Source: Octopus bimaculoides (Eukaryota). From it: 64,000 nucleotides of DNA. How positions within the stretch are numbered: position 1 is the first letter of the stretch; each line of letters opens with the position of its first letter. Positions 25,513-38,788 of this stretch are shown one piece after another. The notes under the pieces were generated by a model that saw only the letters and a program-made list of their open reading frames with translations, had not been told where the DNA came from and did not search any database. The DNA is taken from assembly GCF_001194135.2 (NCBI RefSeq), contig NC_068992.1, positions 65,058,361 to 65,122,360 on the forward strand, read 5' to 3'. Both the position numbers and the translations under genes were made by a program.

Positions 25513-26764
25513 AAACATACATACATACATACATACATACACACATATACATACACAATGTAACCTAGCGCGCAGTCATTCATTTCTTTATCACATAATT
25601 CATACACCCGACTCGAAAATGCAATAGCTCAGAAGTAAACCAGAGGAATGTTAGTTTTTTTATAACATAATTGGTGACAAGTGTCAATATTTCGTGAAAA
25701 CATTTTTTCGTACTCTCATTCTGTTATCCATTAATAAATACCAAATTGACAACATAAAATGTTACAACATATAAAAAAGACATTTAACGATAATAAGGGA
25801 TATCACTAATAAACATGCAGTGATATTAACGTGATAAAGAGAAATATTACTCTCTTCGGAAATATCGGTGCTTGTTACAGATTGTGAATATATATTAGTA
25901 TTATTATTAATTTTTACATTTTGCCTGATAGCTTTACCTCGATGTTGATGTAAATGGTTGTACGATTTAAGGTCATTATCTGAATGCCTACATGTTGTAA
26001 ATATATGCTTTCTAATCCGCTCTGCGTGAGCTGCAAAAGGAAGAGAATATACACATGTAGATCTAAATACTTATAAATACATGTAGATCTAAATATCAAT
26101 ATGGCGTCGTACAAGTCAGAAATGTATCGACATCTACCGTAATGAATCAAATAACAAAACGTTCATATGATATCTAAGGTTCCTCTGACATTGCTATCAT
26201 TTGTTGTAACAGAGTTTGTGTTGTTGTTGCTGATGATGTTGTGGATGTAATGGAAGAAAATATATACCAATTCCTCCATTTATTCAATCTAACCGTAGTC
26301 TTTCCCTCTTTCGTTTTCTCCTTTTCTTCTTCTCTTTTTATTCATGTCTACGTACATACACATTAATCCATCCCTATCCAGTACGTGTGTGTGAGTATAT
26401 ATATATATGTATTATATAAGTATACACACATATGTATATAATTTGAGGATATATTAACTTCGTAAAACGATGGTTGCATCCAAGGAAATATGGGTTCAGT
26501 ACTTAGTATTTAGGCGGAATGAAACTACCTTAAGACAATAGCTATATACCAAGCATATAGTTTATATTGTTTCTTAGACTAGAATAAATATATCTAAATA
26601 AAGAAAAAATAACACTGTTGATCGGTCTGGCGTTCGGTTCGTTTGTTTCTATCATAATTTAATTGTTTGCTCCTTCTGGGCTATTATAAAGGCCTTTATA
26701 TTTTTGTTGATTGAACCCTTTCATTCCAATATTGAATTCCTGAGGAAAAGCCTAATTTGTGATT

Positions 26765-26990
26765 TCAAAAGGATTATTTTCAAAGAGCCCTGGATTCGTT
26801 GCAGCGCTAATCTTCTAATTCGGTGCGTCCTTTCTGGTTTTGTGAAACCCAGTTCCTCAACATGAATACGGAAATAGGTTGTCACGTAACCAAGTGTTTC
26901 AATAATTTTAGTTAGCAATCAAATTCTATAATCCGGATGCAGATTTCTGGTTGGTTCGGCACTGATGATTTCTCTTTCAATAATCTTATC
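26765..26990 (-). mobile_element. 3' fragment of an RLE-type non-LTR retrotransposon, copy 3 (more diverged)
   Basis: AEPTRNLHPDYRI*LLTKIIETLGYVTTYFRIHVEELGFTKPERTHRIRRLALQRIQG aligns to copies 1 and 2. Confidence 0.7.
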
Positions 26991-28568
26991 ATATCCGTTT
27001 GTATGTGCGACTCCATACTCTGTTCTTTACTTATTTTCTTTCTCTCTCTCTGTCTCTATCCCTCTATAATCCTCTCTATTACACAGATCGTCTGAACCTA
27101 ACGGCCCTCAATGTCTGTCTTCGTCGATTGTTTACTCTGTACGTCCATTCTGGTGTCGTTTGTCCGTTCGAAGCCCTAACTCTCCATGAATTTTATATTT
27201 TAAAAATTTCTGGATGCTGCTGTGAAATGGAATTTTCCTGTCTTGTCGTTGAAAACTCGAAATGGTTAGTAATAAACAGTTGACACCTGAGGAGGATGTC
27301 CAGTCAGGTGGTGAAGGAGATTTGGTCCCTACAGCCGCGAAACCAGAGCAGCCCTCGGCCACCAACCGATGTAGGTGAAAAATATTGCATGACCTTAAAA
27401 TCACAAAGCTACAATATAAAGTATGACAGATTCTAAACAATGTGAATGAATTAGTATTAAGTATAACGAAAGCTAAAGGGTAATGAAAAAATAGAACAGA
27501 AAAGTTGAAACATCGAATGGTTATGATGCTCCAATTGAGTAAAATATGAATCCAAGACCTCCATAAGTAAAATAAAAATGGTTGAGAACCACTGAATTAG
27601 AAGTGGCCACTCTGAGCCAAATGTTTCTGTCATCCTCAATGCTCTTACTCGCTCTTTTATATCATGTTTCGAAATCACGACCTAAGCATTACCATAAAGT
27701 ATTTAATGTTATCTAAGTAGTCGTTGTCTTCCTGGTTGTGTTCGATATTTTATTTGAATTCGTTAATGATGCGCTATTGATCGACTTCATTATAATCATT
27801 TACTAAGTACATTATCATTCTTCGTAGTATTTGATTGTGGAAAGTGTCAACATTACTGCTATCGTTCATGTTCTCGCCACCAAATGTCCTCCTCTGCGCT
27901 TTCGCCATCATTGTCAACGTTGCCATCGTCGTCAGCGTATGAGATTAATAGCAGCAGCAGCGGCAGCGGTACCAACATTACAACATTTATCATGATAATG
28001 GTGATCATCATCGTCATCATTAATGGCATATTTGACGTCATTATTGCTGGTGTCTCTCTTGTTTAAAACCAGAAAGAGGAAGGTCAGAAATGAAAGCAGG
28101 AAATGGAACGAGAAATGAGAAATACAAAAAAAAAAAAAAACTTACAAAGAAAAAAAAGAGATAGAGAGAGAAGGAATAAGAAAGAGAGAGAAGGAGGAAA
28201 TGTGAAAGAGAGAGAAGCATGACAAAAATATAAGAAGATAATAGAAATATCATTCTTGATTCTAGGTTTTATTACAAGAGAGCGAATCCTTCCTTCCCAC
28301 CTCTATTTCTCTACCACCCTTTCTCAACCTCTAATCTCCTCTTCTTCCTCGTCCCCTCTCTCTCTCTGTATCTCGGTCTCTCCTCCTCTTCATCAACGTC
28401 TTTTAACATGAAACAAGAGACGACAAATGAACTCAACGAACGCGTCGCTTAGCGAGGAGTGAAGAAAACGTTGAGGTAAAGGGCGATAATCATCAGAGGC
28501 CAAACAGGAAATTAGATCATTTGGAATTTGCATTCGTTCCCCGTGTTTACAATATTGTCTACATTGGA

Positions 28569-28585
28569 TGCGGTTAATTGTATTT

Positions 28586-28648
<63 letters not shown>

Positions 28649-28753
28649 NNNNNNNNNNNNNNNNNNNNNNNNNNNNNNNNNNNNNNNNNNNNNNNNNNNN
28701 NNNNNNNNNNNNNNNNNNNNNNNNNNNNNNNNNNNNNNNNNNNNNNNNNNNNN

Positions 28754-28827
<74 letters not shown>

Positions 28828-28842
28828 TATTATTATTATTAC

Positions 28843-28885
<43 letters not shown>
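28569..28885. repeat. (GA)n, gap, then (ATT)n microsatellite with ACC interruptions
   Basis: Direct. Confidence 0.95.
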
Positions 28886-29033
28886 GCAGCTGTTGTTTTG
28901 GCTGTAATACACAGGTAGCAGTGCACATATATCATGAATATACGCACACACATACACGCACGTACACACACGCCCACATACACACACGCATTCACGCACA
29001 CAAGCGCTCACACGCACATAGACACGTAAATAC

Positions 29034-29081
<48 letters not shown>

Positions 29082-30608
29082 GTATGTATATGTATGTGTG
29101 TATATCTATGTAAATATGTATATACATATATATGTGCATGTATGTATGTATGTATGTGCATATATATATATATGTATACACACACATACACATATATATG
29201 CCTATGTATATAGTTATGCACTCGCACACACGCATACCACAGTAAGATATATGAGACAAGGGAATCCTTGACGAAATTGATTGAGCGTAATTAATACAAA
29301 TAGCTATTAGTTTGGAGACTATATATGTATATATATATATATATATATAGATATATATATATATATNNNNNNNNNNNNNNNNNNNNNNNNNNNNNNNNNN
29401 NNNNNNNNNNNNNNNNNCGTATATATATATATATATATATGTATATGCGTGCGTGTGCATTTGTATGTGTGTATATGTGTGTGTGTGTATGTATATACTT
29501 ATATATATATATATATATATATGTATTTATAAATATGTATACGTATGTATCTTTGCGTATGTGTTTGCGTAAATGTTAACATTCGACTAAAACGTATTTT
29601 TGCTCAACCGTTCGTCATCAGCGCTATTCAAAGTGAGAATTGACTGCAGGCGAAACGAAATACATTTTGTATGGCGCAGAACATGTCTCTCCACTTAACT
29701 AATAATCTTAGGAAGACACAGCTAAAAAATATTTCGCAGCGGTTTTTGTTGTTTAGCAAATTTAATCAGGACTGATCGAGAGTCTTGATAGAATACAATT
29801 ATTCGTCTGAGCGAGCATAAATTTATCCGGGGATCTACCGTTTAACATATACCACGCCTACTCGTAACCGTGGAGCATACTGTTGACTCCACCTTCCAGT
29901 GGTGCATCGTACAATGAACAGCGTCGCTGAATTAGTCGTGTTGTACTCTGCCCTTTTCTCTATGGTGTTCGGCTGTCTGCACCATTCTGCAATCAGGAAT
30001 TAAGCTGTAGTCGTATTCACGACGAACACTCACATCCCATGCTGTTGATGCCACTTTCCATGGTGCCACTAGAGAGCCGTCACTAGGTGTGATGCATAAA
30101 GATTGTGTTGGCCAGGTACAATAAGTCTGGGTGGAAGGTATGAAGATCCTTGTTGGCCAGGTACAGTAATTCTGGGGTGTGATATATGAAATTTACTAAA
30201 CAATCTTTATCTCCAATCCTCGTCTGATCGTTCGATTTTACCGAATTATAATGAAAGTGAGGAGGAACAATATCGTGGCAAAATTTGGTCGTAGGGTGAA
30301 GGATAAAACAAACCCCCTGTATTAAAGAAATTTCAAAGGACTGTTAGTTGATGTGTTACCCTTGCGAGAGTAAGATATTTGAGAGAAGGAGAGGGGTGCT
30401 CGGAGTAGATGAAAGTGGAAAGACAGAAAAGATACAGTAGCATAAGCGATAACAAAAACTCCTGGGAACTAACATTTGCAATTTGGAGAAAACAGAAAAT
30501 GATTACCAGGAGACGCCATTGTTTTTGTCATCATCTGGCGACAATGAAGAAGACAACATTTGAAATCAATATCATCAGTATTGTTGTTGCTGCTGTTGCC
30601 ATTGCTTG

Positions 30609-30850
30609 GGCGGCCAGCTGGCAGAATCGATAGCATGCCGGAAAAATACTCAACAGTATCTCGTCCGCCATTATAGTCTGAAGTCCAAATTTCGTTGGGG
30701 TTCGATTCTACCTTTCATCCTTTGTGGGGTTCAATACAATAAGTACCCGTTGAGTACCCGTTGAGTAAGAAAGTCGATGTAATTGACGATTTCCCTCTCC
30801 TTCAAAATTTCAGGGCTTCTAACTTTAGTGGGGACAATTATTATTATTAT
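30609..30850 (+). mobile_element. tRNA-derived SINE, family A (diverged, internal 11-bp duplication)
   Basis: ggcggccagctggcagaatcgatagcatgccgg...agtacccgttgagtacccgttgag...caaaatttcagggc. Confidence 0.82.
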
Positions 30851-30954
30851 CAATATATTAACGAACAGATCACTAATATCATTTATCATATTTAAACTAA
30901 GCAGACAAGTGTATTGCACATACGAATTAGAAGAGCTACCAACCACCTACTAAC

Positions 30955-31180
30955 ACGATATATACATATACATATACATGCACATACATACATACATACG
31001 TAAATACATACATACATATGTATATATAACTTATAAGTGTACGTATGTATGTATGTATGTATGTATGTATGTATGTATGTATGTATGTGTGTATGTATGT
31101 ATGTATGTATGTATGTATGTATGTATGTATGTACGTATGTATGTATGTAGGTGTGTATGTATGTATGTATGTATGTATGC
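30955..31180. repeat. (ATAC)n/(TATG)n microsatellite
   Basis: Direct. Confidence 0.95.
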
Positions 31181-31950
31181 TATCCATGGCTGTGCTAGTC
31201 ATATGTTATTCCTCTAAAATTCTTTATCTGATTCCATAAATCCGTAAAAGCTAGTTCTTGATGACACCTCAATAAAGCTTGGGAATCGGGCAGCTACCCC
31301 ACTTTTCTAACCATGATGAGTTTTTTATACACTCGTCAGATATATATGTCTGTTATGTGTTTATAGTTATGTCTNNNNNNNNNNNNNNNNNNNNNNNNNN
31401 NNNNNNNNNNNNNNNNNNNNNNNNNNNNNNNNNNNNNNNNNNNNNNNNNNNNNNNNNNNNNNNNNNNNNNNNNNNNNNNNNNNNNNNNNNNNNNNNNNNN
31501 NNNNNNNNNNNNNNNNNNNNNNNNNNNNNNNNNNNNNNNNNNNNNNNNNNNNNNNNNNNNNNNNNNNNNNNNNNNNNNNNNNNNNNNNTATATATATATA
31601 TATGTATCTGTGTCTGTATGCGTGCTTGTATACAGAAATAGATAGATACATAGATCGATCGATAGATAGATAAACTGATACAAACAAATATAGATATATA
31701 AATATGCACATATAAATATGTGTGCATACACACACATATGCAGATACATAATATATGTATATATGTCTATATATTCCCAACACCTGCTTGTGAGTATATA
31801 TGTTTTTTCTTGTCGATGTTGTAAAATAACATTTCTAGCGACTGAAATAACATTTGTCATAAATACGAGACGGAGACGTGGATATACATATATATGTCTC
31901 TCTCTCTCTATATATATATATATATAAACATATATATATATACATACAAA

Positions 31951-32015
<65 letters not shown>

Positions 32016-33973
32016 GCGTATACACAAAATATATAATATGTATATGCATGAATGTTTGTATATGATGCAGCAAATGGAAGCCCTTGAAGCAACGACATCA
32101 AATACTGTCACGAAAATCCTAAATATGTGCTATAAAACTGATGTCGATATTATTGCGTTCCTGAGAGTAATTCAATTTTAAGTTACAGCCTGAATACTCG
32201 CAGGCACCCACGTAGTTGCACACATGCACATACACATACGCACAAAAGTATGGAAACGCTAGCGTGTTGCTATATAAATACACTCGTAAAAAAATATTGT
32301 TGAATATACATAAGTTTGAATTTATACATAGTTTTGTGTAGGTTTGTGTAGGTGTACATTAATTGTTTGTTGTTTGTATATTTTACCATATGTACATGTG
32401 AGTGCTTATGCACACACACACATACACACACACATATATGAATTTTACGTATAATACGCTTGATTTTTATTTCGTGCACTTTATATGTTATGGAACAATC
32501 AGCGTATATTCATTCTCTTTCTGGGCGGTTGTTTGTCGCTGTACGTCTCCCTCTTTCGCCTCTTGTGCTTATTTTTATGGTTCACTCAGAGAAGGATTCT
32601 CACCAATTATCACGTTTAAAACGCCTTAAATTGAAAGACAGAGATCAGAAGCTTTCTTGGCTGGAAACAAATGTGAACGAACATGTTACGGTAGTGGTGG
32701 AATATATCACTAATGTACTTGAGAAGAACATATTTTTTTCAGTTCTGATAGAAGCAGTACTGAGGTGAGACAGGTTATATAGGAGTTAGCAGCAAGGGAA
32801 GAATTAGTGAATGGAAATTTGTAAATCAGCACCCTTATGTTTTTAATTATTCAAAGAATAATATAAATTCGGTTATGAAATACATTTTAAAATTTAAAAC
32901 AGCCTTCTCATATTCCGATATAACTTCTCTTCAATTTTATATCAAGCACTTTGTGTAAAACCGTGACTGTTATTNNNNNNNNNNNNNNNNNNNNNNNNNN
33001 NNNNNNNNNNNNNNNNNNNNNNNNNNNNNNNNNNNNNNNNNNNNNNNNNNNNNNNNNNNNNNNNNNNNNNNNNNNNNNNNNNNNNNNNNNNNNNNNNNNN
33101 NNNNNNNNNNNNNNNNNNNNNNNNNNNNNNNNNNNNNNNNNNNNNNNNNNNNNNNNNNNNNNNNNNNNNNATATATGAGTTCTGTAAACATAGATATCAG
33201 GAAGCAATATCTAACTGTTAGCCGCAGCCAATAATTTTAGGACGTAGTTCAAACGCTCTCTGATCATGTTTCGATTCCCATTTCCTGAAATTTCATTCCA
33301 GTCACATACCGAAAACATTATAAAAAATCTCAACTCTTCATATATATATATATATATATATATATACACCCCCACACACACGCATACACACACATGCATA
33401 TATGTATATATGTATGTATGTGTATATATATATATATATATATATGTATATAGACATATATGTATGTTTCTATATATGTATATATTTGCGTATATAGTTG
33501 ACATCTGCTTGTAGATATATTATAGATCTATTAGAAAACTTTCGGTTTAGTATATATTGTATCGATCTTCGGTCAGCTTATAAGAGTAAAATCTTAAGAA
33601 ACATCAAAAGATATCTTGAAAACTATAATCGACTCTTATCAACATGGAGATAACATTTATAATATTTTGTTTACTATTAAATAATGGCGTTCACCTCCCC
33701 GTATTTTCGACGATGTAGAGGATAAATTTTGATTCATTATCCATGGAGCAAGATTCTCGAAACTTATAAACGAGGAAAAAATGTGAAAAAGGAAAATATT
33801 CGATAAGATAGAAATACTTTTAAAATATTGGTGAAATAATTGGGTTGGAATTAACTATGTTGAATTAACACACGTCAGTTTGCTTCTCGTATATAAATAA
33901 TAGCTTCATCTGCACCTAGCTTAACACACCCGCACATATACATGCTGAAAATAGACACGCATCTATCCTGCCG

Positions 33974-34004
<31 letters not shown>

Positions 34005-34072
34005 AGAACAATACATAAATAACAATCCCTTCATCAGTTGTCCCCTGTTTTATCTACTCCGCGTTTCGAAGG

Positions 34073-34121
<49 letters not shown>

Positions 34122-37100
34122 TACACACATACATATTTATATATATATGCATATACGCACATACATATATATGTGTGTGCGCGTGTATGCATATAGCCAT
34201 ATGTGTATATATGCATGTATGTGCATACACACACATCCTCTTCTTCTCTCACATACGCGCGCGTATATATAACATGTCGGCATTCGCAATCGTCTTGGAA
34301 TTATTTTAATTAAGTGCTAACAATGCCATCATTATTTACAGCAACAAGTGTTCTCTGCTAGTAAAAGAAGATTCCATAATACCATTTTAATTTCTCATTG
34401 AAGCCACATATCCGGTTTAGGCTATTTTACTTCACTTATGTCGATAATGCTATTTCAAGAATAAATTTTTGTCAGATGATAAAATTGTATTAAATCTAAA
34501 GAATTCAGAATTTACGACGAGTACCAATAAACTAGTTCAAAAATTCTTTATTGATATCTTCTATTACGTCATTTTCTCTGAAGTTATCAAAATCCAACGA
34601 TGCAAATGTCATTCACTATTTGCGATTAGTTAAGAAAAAACATATTTTATACGAATTATGGTTCTATAAAAACAATTCAAATCAAGTTTAAAAAGACTGC
34701 TTTATTTTCCAACATTCTCAAGAGAAGAGATCTTGCTTTATTTTTAAACTTGTCCGCAGTATAAAAGAACTTGATTTAACAATATGGTGAATATTATATG
34801 ACAGCGAAGCTGTCCCAACTGGTTGGTAGTTTATCAGTCGAAGGTAATCCTGTAGATTTATGTCAAATCATTGGTTCTGTAGCGATGTATCAAATGTTAA
34901 TATTGCGGCCATATTGGTGCACAGTCTTTAAATTGCTGTTGTTGTTTGTTTCCATGTGAGTCACGATCGAGCAGACATATGATCAAACACTCGCTCGATG
35001 TGACCGTTATGTCTTTTGATAGATATAATTTATCTTAGCTTTATCTATTTCAGACTACACAATACAATATGTAATTTGTGTGATTTTAGGGGTATCGTTA
35101 TCTAATGTGACCATTCCATATTTAGACGGGATGATGTCCTTTGAGGGAGACTTGACCATATAATCAGTTAAAGGCTCCTTCTATAACATATTGTGGAGAA
35201 TGTTATGATAATTGTGACACACATAACACTCCTCAGCTGCATTCGAAAGCTTTTCCTGCCTCCAGTTATATCACCTATCTACCAATCTCTCCGTTACCTA
35301 GTTTATGTTAGACGAAGAAAATGTCAAACTGCGACAGAAATTTGCTGAGTGATATTTTCTGTGTGTTTAGATCTATTCCTATTTTTACTTCTTCACTTTT
35401 AAACTTTCATTCGTCGTTCCTTCCTTTTAAATTCGAGAGATTATTTCGTTGGAATTTGTCATTTTCTCACTTATGCGTTAATTATAAAGAAGAAAATGTG
35501 TTTATCGTATTTCTTTTCTTCCAGGTAGAATGAAGAAACATTTTGGTTACCCTCAAGGGATTATCCAAGACAAATTATCTTTCACGTCACACCATTCTTT
35601 CAACATTTTTAGTGAGGAACGATATCGACATTTCTTTATGTTGAATGAAATGACATGGGAGACATTTCGACACAAAATATAAAACTCAACGTGCAACTGA
35701 TAAAAAGCATTAACACCTTATATAAATCCATTAACATCATAACTGACTGGTTTCCGAAACATTTTATTCTATAACTAGCAGTCAAAACTCAACTACATCC
35801 TTAAAACCGTTATATAACTCTTACTATTGTAGATATTCATAGGTGTTTGTATCGCAACATGGTTCTCGGCTGGAACCAACAGCAGGGTGCCTCGAAGATG
35901 TACTTTCCACCATAACGGCATAGAATAATTAATTTCTTAAAAATGAAGTTGTCTTTTTGCTGAAGTCTGGCATATATCTGAGTATTTTGCCGCTTATAAA
36001 ATTAGCTAAACTCTAAAGAACTGGCTTCACTGCAAAAATTATAGTAAATGATGGATGTCAACTGAATTCAATAGTTTTGTCATGAACCAACAACTGAACA
36101 TATACGAGTAGTTGAAGTCGTTAGAAATAACAGCCAAATTTTCCTCAATTTTTAACCAGAAGTAGATACACAACAAGAGGATGTGAAAGTCACAACTGCT
36201 CAGTCGGATGACCTGCGGTTGAATGATATCAAGTACAAGAACAAGCAATCATTTCCCGTTTATTTCCGACTCATGTCTCTACTCTAATCCGCTTGAGAAA
36301 TAAACGGACGTCATCTTAACTAGTCTTCACAATCTTTCAATACATCCAAGGTCACGTGACAGATGTTTGATAATCTTAGATCAATAGCATTTTGGAATAT
36401 TTAGAAAGTGACGTAGATAGACATTGCATGAAACAACTGTCATTGCTTTGGAGACTATGGTTAACAAGGATAATCCTTCTTTTATCATGACTGGATATGT
36501 TGAGATGTCATTAAAATTTAGTAACTCACTGGTCATTAGGGAGACATTGGATTAAGCTTGTTTGATCCTTGTTGTAATAGTAAACTATTCTTGTGTGGCC
36601 GGAATACACTGGCCGTACAACACATATAGGACCATATTCGACTGGGTCATTATTGAACAATACTCGTCTGACTGTAGTCCATTCATTAATCATTGAATAA
36701 TGGAGCAGCTACAGTGATTACGTTAGAATATTCTCTTTCTTGATTAGTGGAGTTCGTGTCGTTGTATTTTGAACGTCTCTACATAATTTCTTGCGCGCAA
36801 AGTAAGAATTCCCCAGGTGTTACAGACAGTTCATACCTGGAAAGAAGACACTGGTTGAAGTACCTAGCGGAGATTGCGAAAAAAGTATATGTGAGGAAAA
36901 AGTGTCATTATATTCTCATTGCATATATTTCATTAACGATATATATATATATATATATATANNNNNNNNNNNNNNNNNNNNNNNNNNNNNNNNNNNNNNN
37001 NNNNNNNNNNNNNNNNNNNNNNNNNNNNNNNNNNNNNNNNNNNNNNNNNNNNNNNNNNNNNNNNNNNNNNNNNNNNNNNNNNNNNNNNNNNNNNNNNNNN

Positions 37101-37829
37101 NNNNNNNNNNNNNNNNNNNNNNNNNNNNNNNNNNNNNNNNNNNNNNNNNNNNNNNNNNNNNNNNNNNNNNNNNNNNNNNNNNNNNNNNNNNNNNNNNNNN
37201 NNNNNNNNNNNNNNNNNNNNNNNNNNNNNNNNNNNNNNNNNNNNNNNNNNNNNNNNNNNNNNNNNNNNNNNNNNNNNNNNNNNNNNNNNNNNNNNNNNNN
37301 NNNNNNNNNNNNNNNNNNNNNNNNNNNNNNNNNNNNNNNNNNNNNNNNNNNNNNNNNNNNNNNNNNNNNNNNNNNNNNNNNNNNNNNNNNNNNNNNNNNN
37401 NNNNNNNNNNNNNNNNNNNNNNNNNNNNNNNNNNNNNNNNNNNNNNNNNNNNNNNNNNNNNNNNNNNNNNNNNNNNNNNNNNNNNNNNNNNNNNNNNNNN
37501 NNNNNNNNNNNNNNNNNNNNNNNNNNNNNNNNNNNNNNNNNNNNNNNNNNNNNNNNNNNNNNNNNNNNNNNNNNNNNNNNNNNNNNNNNNNNNNNNNNNN
37601 NNNNNNNNNNNNNNNNNNNNNNNNNNNNNNNNNNNNNNNNNNNNNNNNNNNNNNNNNNNNNNNNNNNNNNNNNNNNNNNNNNNNNNNNNNNNNNNNNNNN
37701 NNNNNNNNNNNNNNNNNNNNNNNNNNNNNNNNNNNNNNNNNNNNNNNNNNNNNNNNNNNNNNNNNNNNNNNNNNNNNNNNNNNNNNNNNNNNNNNNNNNN
37801 NNNNNNNNNNNNNNNNNNNNNNNNNNNNN

Positions 37830-37871
<42 letters not shown>

Positions 37872-37885
37872 GGAGAGAGAGGGAG

Positions 37886-37922
<37 letters not shown>

Positions 37923-37993
37923 CGGGGAGGAGTATGAGGAAGTGTGAGGTAGGTATAGGACAATAGAGACCAAGTTAATGCGACAATGAGCTG

Positions 37994-38040
<47 letters not shown>

Positions 38041-38052
38041 ATGCACAAAAAC

Positions 38053-38084
<32 letters not shown>

Positions 38085-38748
38085 ACATATACTTACATAC
38101 ATATACATACTCACAAATAAGAATTTCTCTCGGCCTTTAAAGCCAGATTTCCCAAGAGGAAGTTCTGTTAAACGTTGTCTAATGAAGAGACGAACAGATT
38201 CAACTCGCTTTAATTGATCGCCAACAAACGAAGACACATGATATAATGTTTGTTATTTCCTTAGTGATTATGAGGTGCTTTATATACACCCAGCTCATTG
38301 ACAAGATCATCTGTCAAAGCATCTGCAGAAATACACTTTTCTAACCAAACCTACTAATCAACTCTACTAGTGCTCGTGGTACTCACCAGCAATAACTGTA
38401 CAATAGCACAATTGTTCCGTCTTCATTACCATTTGCAATACATCAAATCAAATATTGTGCTTTAATGCACGCATTTTTGTGCTCCATCTTTCCTTTTCAC
38501 ACACATATACAAACACAAACACACACGCGCGTATATATACACGTACACACCCAATATGAATAAATATTTACATTCTTGAACATGCTTGCACACACACACA
38601 CGTATATATACTTGTATATATATATATATATACGTGCGTGTGCATGCACACCAGAATACGTGTTCCCATTCATTGTGTGTAAAGATACATTTCTGTATGT
38701 GTGTGTATGTGTGCGCTTGCCTGTAAGCGTCAATGTATGTGTATCACA

Positions 38749-38788
<40 letters not shown>

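Noticed and set aside
27287-27376. CTGAGGA...CGAAAC spacing suggestive of a hammerhead ribozyme
   Set aside because: Stems I and III cannot be formed, and cacctga pairs instead with tcaggtg, which sequesters the core.
32460-32768. 102-aa ORF with possible exon 32590-32764
   Set aside because: Weak acceptor, no homology recognised, and joining it to the 27370 candidate creates a stop.
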